In this document: piece after piece, positions 55,571 through 64,000 of the stretch | Layout of the letters: every line of letters starts with the position of its first letter | Numbering within the stretch: position 1 is the stretch's first letter | Source of the DNA: an uncultured Gammaproteobacteria bacterium | GTDB taxonomy: Bacteria > Pseudomonadota > Gammaproteobacteria > CAWCPV01 | DNA length: 64,000 nt | NCBI GenBank assembly: GCA_963797555.1 | Contig: CAWCPV010000010.1 | Location: 32,001 to 96,000 of the forward strand | Reading direction: 5' to 3' | The notes under the pieces: model-generated | Seen by the model: the letters and a program-made list of their open reading frames with translations, nothing else | Databases searched by the model: none | Told to the model about the DNA's origin: nothing | Program-made: the position numbers and the translations under genes

Positions 55571-56260
55571 TCAGCCCGCTGTGCCGGAGCCAGCCAGGAG
55601 ATGGAGCGCTACCTCGTCGCGCAGCACGATGCGCCCCCTTTGAAGCTCCACTGCCCCGACGCGCTCGAACTCCTTGAGCAGGCGGCTGACAACCTCGCGC
55701 GCGGTGGCCAACTCGTCGGCCAACCGCTGGTGCGTGATGACAATCCGCGGGGGCCGGGAGTCCGACATCGTGAACCGGGCCCTCAGAAATTGCGCGAGAC
55801 GCTGCTCCAAGGTACCGAAGGCCACGTTTTGCAACAGGGTCGTGACGGCTACGAAACGCGCACGGATCTCCTCGAACACGAAACGGCGCGCGGCGTCGTC
55901 CCGCGCGACCCAGTGCCGGAACGTCGTCCCGTTGCAGGTCACCGCCTCCGCATCGCGCTCCGCCTCCGAGGTCGCGGGAGCTTCCGAGCCGAGGAGCACG
56001 CACAGCATGTTGATGGGGCAAGCCTCGCCGGGCGCCACGCGATACAGGGTGATGTCGCGCCCCCCGCGGCCGGTGACATGGACCCGCAGCCTTCCGCTCC
56101 CGATGATGGCGAACTGCTTACAGGGCTGTCCCTGTTCGAACAGCCGCTCGCCGGCCCGCAGGCGCACGAAGGTCGCGGCCCGCTCGATCTCGCTGTGCAA
56201 CGGTTCTGGGGCTTCCACGTAGAGCCTGCAACGCTGCAGGATAGCGAGCTTGGCGGTCAC
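55571..56260 (-). CDS. CRP/FNR-family transcriptional regulator
   Basis: cNMP-like domain (LFEQGQPC..SGRLRV, ITLYRVAPGEAC), LEQRLA, HTH ITHQRLADELATAREVVSRLLKEF. Confidence 0.93.
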   Translation of the reverse strand: MTAKLAILQRCRLYVEAPEPLHSEIERAATFVRLRAGERLFEQGQPCKQFAIIGSGRLRVHVTGRGGRDITLYRVAPGEACPINMLCVLLGSEAPATSEAERDAEAVTCNGTTFRHWVARDDAARRFVFEEIRARFVAVTTLLQNVAFGTLEQRLAQFLRARFTMSDSRPPRIVITHQRLADELATAREVVSRLLKEFERVGAVELQRGRIVLRDEVALHLLAGSGTAG

Positions 56261-56654
56261 GACACGTTCTCCGGGTGGCCTACCACCGACGTGGAGCGGG
56301 CAGCGGAATGGGGACGCAGCCGCCGCACGCGGGCGCGGAGCGGCACATGCAGGATTCTTGAAGAGCGCCGCCTACGGACAGCCCGGTGCCGGCGACGCAC
56401 GGCCGCAGGTGACCTCGGCCGAGAACGGCAAGGAGAATACAGGAAAGCGCTTCGAAAACAAAGCGTTTCCCGGCTCAAGACAAAACGCGCGAGGCCCCCG
56501 TGAGCGCTTCGCGCGGCGAGCGGAGCATCCCTGAAGTGAGGCACACCGCTCCGGAACCGCGATCGCGGGCCGGCCCCAGGGGTCCATCTCAGTGACTCGC
56601 CGCTTCGTGACGGGTGCCAAGGAGGGGGATTTTCGCTCGAGGCCGCGTCCTGCT

Positions 56655-56683
56655 TTATCACGAATTGCTCCAGCCCGTATACT
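56655..56683 (+). promoter_or_regulatory. Putative sigma70 promoter of glyQS
   Basis: TTATCA-17bp-TATACT upstream of TTG 56718. Confidence 0.45.
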
Positions 56684-56717
56684 TAGGCTTGTCCCGCTCT
56701 CCGAAGAAGGCAGTCCG

Positions 56718-57665
56718 TTGACCCCCGCCGAGCCCCGTTCGATCTCTGCGTCCGCCAACGTCTCCACCTTCCAGGGCCTGATCCTGGCGCTCCAGGGCTA
56801 TTGGGCGGCCAAGGGTTGCGTGGTGCTTCAGCCCTATGACATGGAGGTAGGTGCCGGCACCTTTCACCCGGCGACTTTCCTGCGAGCCATCGGGCCGGAG
56901 CCCTGGAGCGCGGCTTACGTGCAGCCCTCCCGCCGCCCGACGGACGGCCGTTATGGCGACAACCCCAACCGCTTGCAGCGCTACTACCAGTTCCAGGTGG
57001 TCATCAAGCCCTCGCCGGCAGATATCCAGGAGCTGTATCTGGACTCCCTGCGCACGCTGGGAATCGACCCGCTCGTGCACGACATCCGTTTCGTCGAGGA
57101 CGACTGGGAGTCCCCCACGCTGGGGGCTTGGGGACTGGGCTGGGAGATTTGGCTGAATGGCATGGAGGTCACTCAGTTCACCTATTTCCAGCAAGTCGGG
57201 GGGCTGGATTGCCGTCCGGTCATGGGCGAGATTACCTACGGTCTGGAGCGTATCGCCATGTATCTCCAGGGGGCGGAAAGCGTATTCGACCTGGTGTGGA
57301 CGGACGGCCCCTTGGGGAAGGTGACCTATGGGGACGTGTTCCACCAGAATGAAGTGGAGATGTCGGCGTACAACTTCGAGCATGCCGATACGCGGTTGCT
57401 GTTCGCGGCCTTCGATGCCTCCGAGGCGGAGAGCCAGAAGCTCGTGGCCGCGGGCCTGCCGCTTCCGGCCTATGAGATGGTGCTCAAGGCGTCTCATGTG
57501 TTCAACCTGCTGGACGCTCGCCAGGCCATCTCCGTGACGGAGCGTGCCCGCTACATCCTGCGCGTGCGGTCGCTGGCCAGGGCGGTGGCGGAGGCGTATT
57601 ACGCAAGGCGCGAGGGCCTGGGCTTCCCGATGCTCCAGGGACGACAGGAGGCCGTCGGTGGCTGA
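56718..57665 (+). CDS. glyQ: Glycine--tRNA ligase alpha subunit
   Basis: [58 protein letters not shown]. Confidence 0.98.
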   Translation: MTPAEPRSISASANVSTFQGLILALQGYWAAKGCVVLQPYDMEVGAGTFHPATFLRAIGPEPWSAAYVQPSRRPTDGRYGDNPNRLQRYYQFQVVIKPSPADIQELYLDSLRTLGIDPLVHDIRFVEDDWESPTLGAWGLGWEIWLNGMEVTQFTYFQQVGGLDCRPVMGEITYGLERIAMYLQGAESVFDLVWTDGPLGKVTYGDVFHQNEVEMSAYNFEHADTRLLFAAFDASEAESQKLVAAGLPLPAYEMVLKASHVFNLLDARQAISVTERARYILRVRSLARAVAEAYYARREGLGFPMLQGRQEAVGG

Positions 57666-59751
57666 GGTGCGCGACCTGCTGGTCGAGATCGGGACCGAAG
57701 AGCTTCCGCCGCGCGCCCTGAAGACGCTGTCCGAGTCCTTGCAGACGGCCCTCGTGAAGGGTTTGGACGCGGCACAGTTGCCTCATGACGGAGCGCGCGC
57801 CTATGCGACTCCCCGGCGCCTGGCGCTGTGGGTGCAGGGCCTGGCCGCCGCCCAACCGGATCGCCTGCGCGAGCGTCGCGGACCGGCGCTCAGCGCCGCC
57901 TTCGACCGGGGCGGAGCACCGACCCAGGCCGCGCTGGGATTCGCCCGTTCCTGCGGTGTGGACCTGCAGGCCCTCGATCGGGTGGAGACGGACAAGGGGG
58001 CCTGGCTGATGTTTCGCGCCTGGGACCCGGGTCGGGCGACGGCGGATCTCATCCCGGACCTACTGCGTCAGGCGCTGAACCAGCTCCCGATCCCCAGACC
58101 GATGCGCTGGGGCGACCTGGACGAGCCGTTTGTGCGGCCGGTGCACTGGTTGGTGGTGCTGTTCGGCGACCAGGTGATTCCGGTGCGCATGTTCGGCGTG
58201 ACGGCCGAACGCGTCACTTACGGCCACCGCTTTCATCATCCGGGGCCCCTGCGCATCAGCGACTGCGCTGCTTACGCCTCCCTCCTCGGGGGCGAAGGGC
58301 GCGTACTGGCAGACTTCTCGGTGCGCCGCGAGGTGATTCGCGCCCAGGTCGACGAGGCGGCCGCATCTCTGGGCGGGCGGGCGCGCATCGATGAGTCTCT
58401 GCTAGACCAGGTGACCGGGCTGGTGGAGTGGCCGATGGCCCTGGCAGGGGCGTTCGAGGAGCGATACCTCGGACTGCCGCCGGAGGTCGTCATCGCCTCC
58501 CTCAAGGATCACCAGAAGTGCTTCCACGTCGTGGGTGACGACGGGGCGCTCCTGCCCTGCTTCGTCGCCGTGGCCAACATCGAGAGCCGGCGTCCGGAGC
58601 TGGTGCGCGCGGGCAATGAACGTGTCATCCGACCGCGCCTTGCGGACGCCGCATTCTTCTGGGATCGGGACCGCACCCAGACGTTGGGGAGCCGTTACGG
58701 GGCGCTGCAGCACGTGGTCTTCGAGGAGCGGCTGGGCACCATGGGGGACCGGGTACGGCGCATCGGCGCCTTGGCAGGGGAGATCGCGCCGCGGATCGGG
58801 GCCGATCGCGCACTTGCCGAACGAGCCGCCTTCCTGTGCAAGTGCGACCTGATGACCCACATGGTGGGGGAGTTTCCCGAGCTGCAGGGGGTGATGGGGC
58901 GCTACTATGCCTTGCACGATGGCGAGGCGGAGCAGGTCGCCGGCGCCATCGAAGAGCATTATCGACCGCGTTTCGCCGGCGATCACCTTCCGCACACTCC
59001 CACGGGACAAACGCTGGCGATCGCGGACCGGCTGGATACCTTGGTGGGCATCTTCAGCCTAGGACAGGGACCGAGCGGAGACAAGGATCCCTTTGGCCTG
59101 AGACGTGCCGCCCTGGCCGTGCTGCGTGTCCTCATCGAAGGGCGCTTGCCGTTGGACCTCTGGGAGTTGCTGGACGCCGCCGCTCGGGAGTATGGCGACC
59201 CCGGTATCCCCATGGTAACGGTGGGAGACGTCTTCGATTTCATGATGGAGCGGCTGCGCGCGTATTACCTCGACCAGGGCATACGCCCCGACGAGATCGA
59301 AACAGTATTGGGGGTCAGCGAGATCCGCCAGCCCTACGATTTCGACCAGCGGGTGCGGGCGGTCGCGTTGTTCCGCCGGCTGCCGGAGGCTGAAGCTTTG
59401 ACCGCCGCCAACAAGCGTATCCGCAACATCCTGCGGCAGGCCGAGCGGGAAGGGGACGCGACAGCGGGAGATGTGAATCCGGATCTCCTGATCGCCGATC
59501 AGGAGAAGGAACTACACCGGCAGCTCCGCGCCATCAAGGAGGAAGTACGCTCATCGTTCGACGCGAGCCCGTACGGCTATACCGAGGTGTTGACCCTACT
59601 CGCGAGACTGCGCACCCCGGTCGACCGATTCTTCGATGGAGTGATGGTGCGTAGCGAGGACCCCGGCCTGCGTGCCAACCGGCTGGCGCTGCTGCGCCTG
59701 ATCACGGGGCTGTTCGGCAGGGTGGCGGACATCTCGCGGCTTCAGGGCTGA
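57658..59751 (+). CDS. glyS: Glycine--tRNA ligase beta subunit
   Basis: [45 protein letters not shown]. Confidence 0.97.
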   Translation: MAEVRDLLVEIGTEELPPRALKTLSESLQTALVKGLDAAQLPHDGARAYATPRRLALWVQGLAAAQPDRLRERRGPALSAAFDRGGAPTQAALGFARSCGVDLQALDRVETDKGAWLMFRAWDPGRATADLIPDLLRQALNQLPIPRPMRWGDLDEPFVRPVHWLVVLFGDQVIPVRMFGVTAERVTYGHRFHHPGPLRISDCAAYASLLGGEGRVLADFSVRREVIRAQVDEAAASLGGRARIDESLLDQVTGLVEWPMALAGAFEERYLGLPPEVVIASLKDHQKCFHVVGDDGALLPCFVAVANIESRRPELVRAGNERVIRPRLADAAFFWDRDRTQTLGSRYGALQHVVFEERLGTMGDRVRRIGALAGEIAPRIGADRALAERAAFLCKCDLMTHMVGEFPELQGVMGRYYALHDGEAEQVAGAIEEHYRPRFAGDHLPHTPTGQTLAIADRLDTLVGIFSLGQGPSGDKDPFGLRRAALAVLRVLIEGRLPLDLWELLDAAAREYGDPGIPMVTVGDVFDFMMERLRAYYLDQGIRPDEIETVLGVSEIRQPYDFDQRVRAVALFRRLPEAEALTAANKRIRNILRQAEREGDATAGDVNPDLLIADQEKELHRQLRAIKEEVRSSFDASPYGYTEVLTLLARLRTPVDRFFDGVMVRSEDPGLRANRLALLRLITGLFGRVADISRLQG

Positions 59752-59811
59752 CCGTCCAGGCCGTAGTCCATATGCGATGGCGCCGGCCGGAGCGAGCCTG
59801 ACAGAGGTTTT

Positions 59812-60150
59812 ATGACGGACAAGGACTCCGACTCCTACCAGGCGATGCTGGCGGCCGTGCAGGCATTCCACGACAAGCACGACTTCAAGAAGACGGGAGG
59901 TGAGGAGCTGACCTACCGAGTCGCTCTCATGGCCGAGGAGCTCGGCGAGATCTCCTCCTGCGTGACCAAGGGAAAGAGCAAGGAAAGCTTGGCCGAGGAG
60001 TGCGCCGACCTCTTCATCCTGCTCATCGGTACCGCTATCGCGGGAGACTTCGACCTGAGGGAGGCATTCTGGGACAAGATCGCCGAGGTCCGCAAGCGGG
60101 GCGCCCGGATGATCGGGGGACGCATCCGGGTCTCGGACTTCAGGGACTAG
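59812..60150 (+). CDS. Single-domain MazG-like nucleotide pyrophosphohydrolase
   Basis: EELGE...EECAD all-alpha NTP-PPase motif; AGAGG RBS. Confidence 0.82.
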   Translation: MTDKDSDSYQAMLAAVQAFHDKHDFKKTGGEELTYRVALMAEELGEISSCVTKGKSKESLAEECADLFILLIGTAIAGDFDLREAFWDKIAEVRKRGARMIGGRIRVSDFRD

Positions 60151-60153
60151 GCC

Positions 60154-60693
60154 GTGCAGCTCGTTATCCTGGACCGCGACGGAGTGATCAACCACGACAG
60201 AAAGGACTACATCCGATCCCCTGCCGACTGGCGTCCGATACCAGGCAGCTTGGCTGCGATCGCGCGATTGAACCAGGCGGGCTATCGGGTCGTGGTGGCG
60301 ACGAATCAGTCCGGCCTGGCGCGGGGCCTGTTGACCGTGGACGACCTGTTCCGCATCCACGAGAAGATGCACCAGGCGCTGGCTCAGGTGGGTGGACAGA
60401 TCGACGCGGTGTTCTTCTGCCCCCATGGCCCCGGCGATGACTGCGAGTGCCGCAAGCCGCGCCCCGGACTGTTGCTGGACATCGGTCGTCGGCTGCGGCT
60501 GGACCTACAGGACGTGCCGGTGGTCGGTGATGCTCTGCGCAACGTCCAGGCGGCGCAGGCGGTAGGGGCCAGGCCTATCCTGGTGCGCACCGGCAAGGGG
60601 CGGGAAACCGAGCAGCGGGCTGAGGGACTGGAGGGCGTCGAGGTCTTCGACGACCTGGCGTCCCTCGCCCAGCACCTGGCACTGCAGAGCTAG
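60154..60693 (+). CDS. gmhB: D-glycero-beta-D-manno-heptose 1,7-bisphosphate phosphatase
   Basis: LDRDGVIN, TNQSG, CPH....CECRKPRPG, VRTGKG. Confidence 0.95.
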   Translation: MQLVILDRDGVINHDRKDYIRSPADWRPIPGSLAAIARLNQAGYRVVVATNQSGLARGLLTVDDLFRIHEKMHQALAQVGGQIDAVFFCPHGPGDDCECRKPRPGLLLDIGRRLRLDLQDVPVVGDALRNVQAAQAVGARPILVRTGKGRETEQRAEGLEGVEVFDDLASLAQHLALQS

Positions 60694-60695
60694 GG

Positions 60696-61502
60696 GTGTC
60701 CTCCGGGCCAGGGGACGGGCCGGTTTCCGGCGCGGCGGCTCCCCACGCGAGTGTGCCGGGTGCGCTCGTGTTCGTCCGCTCCCTGGCTTATGCCGTGGGA
60801 CAGGTCGCCTCCACCCTGGTGTTCGGGCTGCTGTCGCCGCTCACCTTCCCGTTACCGTTCCACGTGCGTTACGGGTTCATCAGCCGGTGGAGCCGATTCA
60901 ATCTATGGTGGCTGGAGAAGACCTGCCGGCTCGGCTATCGCGTCGAGGGCGTGCACAACATTCCCCCGGGCAACGGTATCGTGCTCAGCAAGCATCAGTC
61001 CGGCTGGGAGACCTTGGGCCTGCAGCTTCTCTTCCCGCCGCAAGTGTGGGTCGTCAAGCGCGAGCTGCTGCGCCTCCCCTTCTTCGGCTGGGGCCTGGCC
61101 ATGCTGGAGCCCATCGCCATTGACCGCAAGGCGGGGCGCAAGGCGCTGGACCAGCTCGTCTCCCAGGGCAGGAAGCGGCTGCAGGCGGGACGCTGGGTGG
61201 TAGTGTTTCCCGAGGGCACGCGCGTGCCCTCGGGGGCGAGAGGCCGCTATGGCATCGGGGGCGCCATGCTGGCGCAAAAGACCGGTTATCCGGTGATCCC
61301 CGTGGCGCACAATGCAGGCGAGTTCTGGCCGCGGCGTAGCTTCACCAAGCGCCCGGGGACCATCCAAGTGGTGATCGGTCCGCTCATCGACAGCCGCGGC
61401 CACAGCGCGGCCGAGATCAACGCGGCCGCGGAGCAGTGGATCGAGCAGACGATGCAACGAATCAGCGCGGTGACGAGCGAAGCTGCCGGTGGGCCCGTAT
61501 GA
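60696..61502 (+). CDS. plsC: 1-acyl-sn-glycerol-3-phosphate acyltransferase
   Basis: KHQSGWET, PFFGW, FPEGTR, PVAHNAG. Start uncertain. Confidence 0.9.
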   Translation: MSSGPGDGPVSGAAAPHASVPGALVFVRSLAYAVGQVASTLVFGLLSPLTFPLPFHVRYGFISRWSRFNLWWLEKTCRLGYRVEGVHNIPPGNGIVLSKHQSGWETLGLQLLFPPQVWVVKRELLRLPFFGWGLAMLEPIAIDRKAGRKALDQLVSQGRKRLQAGRWVVVFPEGTRVPSGARGRYGIGGAMLAQKTGYPVIPVAHNAGEFWPRRSFTKRPGTIQVVIGPLIDSRGHSAAEINAAAEQWIEQTMQRISAVTSEAAGGPV

Positions 61503-61591
61503 CGGGGTGGAGGATAGCTGTTTCGCCGCCCGCTGATCTCCCAGCGCGACACACCGGGACAGAGTAACTCGGCGGCCTGGGATCTGCGCAG

Positions 61592-63748
61592 CTACACGGC
61601 CTCCAGATTCGCGTAGGCGGCGACCAGCCATTTGCGGCCCGCGGTCTTGAAGTGGACCTCCAGGCGGGTGCGCGGCCCGTCGCCCTCCCGGCTCAGAATC
61701 ACGCCGGTTCCGAACTTGGCGTGGCGGACCATCTGGCCCGGGGTGAGTCCGGACGGGGCCTCGCAATCTCGGGGGAGCTCGATCGGCTGGGCACGCGCCG
61801 CCCCGCCGATGCGCACGTCCTCCATGAGTTCGCGGGGGATCTCGCGCAGAAACCGGGACGGCTGAGCATAGAACTCTTGCCCGTAGAGCCGGCGCCTCTC
61901 GGCGTAGGTGAGATAAAGCTGGCGCCGCGCGCGTGTCATGCCCACGTAGCACAGCCGGCGCTCCTCCTCCAGGCGTCCCTCTTCGGCCATCGATTGGCGG
62001 TGCGGGAACAGCCCTTCCTCCATCCCGGAGATGAATACCAGCGGGAATTCCAGACCCTTCGCGGAGTGCAGGGTCATGAGCTGCACGCAGTCCTCGAAGG
62101 GCTGCCCCTGGCCCTCGCCGGCCTCCAGAGCGGCGTGGGCGAGGAACGCCGAGAGGGGATCCATGTCCTCGGCCTGCGCCTCCATCCCCGCGAACTGACG
62201 CGCAGCGGTCACTAGCTCCTTCAGGTTCTCCACCCGTGCCCGACCTTTCTCCGTGGTGTCTTTCTGGTAGTGGGCGAGCAGCCCGCTGCGCTCCAGAACC
62301 AGCTCCACCTGCGCGGCCAGAGTCTCCCCCTGGGCGACCTGGGCGAGGCCGCCGATGAGTGCGACGAAGTGCTCGAGCGCCGCACGCGTCCGACCCGCCA
62401 CGTCGCCCTGCTCGAACGCGTGCTGGACCGCCTGCCAAAGCGAGCACCCGTGACGGCGCGCCTGCTCGCGAACCGCCTCCACGCTGCGCTCCCCGATGCC
62501 CCGGGTAGGCAGGTTGACGATGCGTTCGAAGGAGGCGTCGTCCGTCCGGTTGGCCACCAATCGTAAGTAGGCCAGTGCGTCCTTGACCTCGGCACGCTCG
62601 AAGAAGCGCATGCCCCCGTACACGCGATAGGGCATCCCGCTCACGAACAATGCTTCTTCGAAGGCCCGCGACTGGGCGTTGGAGCGATAGAGGATCGCGG
62701 CGTGTTGCCGGGGATGGCCGGCCGCGATCCAGTCCTGGATCCGATCCACCACGAAGCGCGCCTCGTCGGTCTCGCTGTAAGCGGCGAAGACCTTGACCGG
62801 TTCGCCCCGCTCGCCCTCCGTCCACAGGGTCTTGCCGAATCGCGTCGGGTTGTGGGTGATGAGGCCGTTGGCGGCCGAGAGGATCACTGCGGTGGACCGG
62901 TAGTTCTGCTCCAGACGCAGTACCCGCGCGTCGGGAAAGTCCCGCGAGAAACGCAACATGTTCTCGACCCGCGCACCGCGCCAGCTATAGATGGACTGGT
63001 CGTCGTCGCCCACGGCGAACACGCGGGTGGCCTCGCCGGCGAGCTGCCGGACCCAGGTGTACTGAAGGGCATTGGTGTCCTGAAACTCGTCCACCAGGAC
63101 GTGTTGGAACCGGTTCTGATAGTGGCTCAATAGCACCGGGCTGAGGCGCAGCAGCTCGTAGCTGCGCAGCAGCAGCTCGGCGAAGTCCACCAGACCGCTG
63201 CGCCGGCAGATCTCCTCGTATGCCTGGTAGATGCGGGCCATCTGACGGCCGAAGGCGTCGTCCTGCTCGGGAACGTCCGCCGGCCGGATGCCCTCGTCCT
63301 TGCGGGCGTTGACGAACCACTGGACCTGCTTCGGCTGCCACCGGGATTCGTCCAGCTCCAAGCTCTTCAGTGCGCGGCGCACGAGCTGATACTGGTCGTC
63401 CTGGTCCAGGATCTGGAAGTCCTTGGGCAGTCCCGCATCCTGGTGATGCAGCCGCAACAGCCGGTGGGCCAGGCCGTGGAAGGTGCCCACCCACATGCCC
63501 GAGACGGACCCCCCCACCAGCTCTGCGATGCGTCCCCGCATCTCGTTGGCTGCCTTGTTGGTGAAGGTGACGGCGAGAATGTTGAACGGCGAGAGGCCCG
63601 CGGTCCGGAGCAGCCATGCGATACGGTGAGTGAGGACGCGGGTCTTGCCGCTGCCGGCGCCGGCCAGTACCAGGATGTGCTCGGGGGGGGCTGCCACGGC
63701 CTCGCGCTGGGCCGAATTGAGGGATGCGAGCAGGGACGAGGCGTCCAT
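61592..63748 (-). CDS. uvrD: DNA helicase II
   Basis: AGAGSGKT, TFTNKAA, DEFQD, GDDDQSIY, QNYRS, MTLHSAKGLEF, EEERRL.YV, C-terminal Tudor-like domain. Confidence 0.97.
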   Translation of the reverse strand: MDASSLLASLNSAQREAVAAPPEHILVLAGAGSGKTRVLTHRIAWLLRTAGLSPFNILAVTFTNKAANEMRGRIAELVGGSVSGMWVGTFHGLAHRLLRLHHQDAGLPKDFQILDQDDQYQLVRRALKSLELDESRWQPKQVQWFVNARKDEGIRPADVPEQDDAFGRQMARIYQAYEEICRRSGLVDFAELLLRSYELLRLSPVLLSHYQNRFQHVLVDEFQDTNALQYTWVRQLAGEATRVFAVGDDDQSIYSWRGARVENMLRFSRDFPDARVLRLEQNYRSTAVILSAANGLITHNPTRFGKTLWTEGERGEPVKVFAAYSETDEARFVVDRIQDWIAAGHPRQHAAILYRSNAQSRAFEEALFVSGMPYRVYGGMRFFERAEVKDALAYLRLVANRTDDASFERIVNLPTRGIGERSVEAVREQARRHGCSLWQAVQHAFEQGDVAGRTRAALEHFVALIGGLAQVAQGETLAAQVELVLERSGLLAHYQKDTTEKGRARVENLKELVTAARQFAGMEAQAEDMDPLSAFLAHAALEAGEGQGQPFEDCVQLMTLHSAKGLEFPLVFISGMEEGLFPHRQSMAEEGRLEEERRLCYVGMTRARRQLYLTYAERRRLYGQEFYAQPSRFLREIPRELMEDVRIGGAARAQPIELPRDCEAPSGLTPGQMVRHAKFGTGVILSREGDGPRTRLEVHFKTAGRKWLVAAYANLEAV

Positions 63749-63815
63749 GGCGGGCATTGTACCAGACGCGCTTTCGGCGTCGGAGCCGGTGCGTTCGCGG
63801 GCGCGCCGGGCGCTG

Positions 63816-64000
63816 CTATAGACCCAGATCTGCCCAGAGGGCGTCGACGCGGGGTTTCACCTGCCAAATCATGCGGATGGGCGCGCCCACCGCCGCTCCG
63901 TCTCGCCGGGCCACTTGTTCGTCGCGTCGAGCCGATCTTCCCGCCCAGCCCCGACACGGACTCGTCGTCGGTGACGACGACGAGCTTGGTATACATGAAC
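63816..64000 (-). pseudogene. ubiD: 3' end of a damaged UbiD decarboxylase gene (runs off window)
   Basis: FMYTKLVVVTDD jumps directly to SVSGLGGKIG, skipping about 35-40 conserved codons; then two frameshifts around DATNKWPGETER and VKPRVDALWADLGL*. Confidence 0.75.

Overview
A GC-rich (roughly 65-68% by eye) chromosomal segment of a Gammaproteobacterium, mostly housekeeping genes: leuCD, dapCDE-purB, manC, lapB-ihfB-rpsA-cmk-aroA-tyrA-pheA-serA-serC-gyrA-mtnA, rlmD-cysM-pdxJ-recO-era-rnc-lepB-lepA-degP-rseCBA-rpoE, nadB, sdhCDAB-sdhE-ygfX, ygfZ, glyQS-gmhB-plsC and uvrD. I found no rRNA, tRNA, CRISPR array or transposase. Three things stand out. (1) An accessory module sits between ygfZ and glyQ. 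A CRP/FNR-family regulator is followed by a perfect TGTGA-N6-TCACA box, centred at -41.5 from a predicted start site. This promoter would drive a ~300-nt leader and a ~915-aa secreted cytochrome c with nine CxxCH motifs, followed by a terminator and an eroded di-heme cytochrome c peroxidase. (2) Several intergenic gaps are decayed gene remnants (hisC, roxA/ycfD, cytochrome c peroxidase, ubiD; more weakly egtD and hflD), and lapA and acpS are missing from their usual positions, which suggests ongoing gene erosion. (3) Eight single-base frameshifts occur in otherwise intact genes (leuD, egtB, purB, lepA, degP, sdhA, ygfZ, the cytochrome), most likely long-read consensus errors. There is also a 164-bp MITE-like element with a TGA target duplication. 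All calls come from motif recognition by eye; no database search was run.
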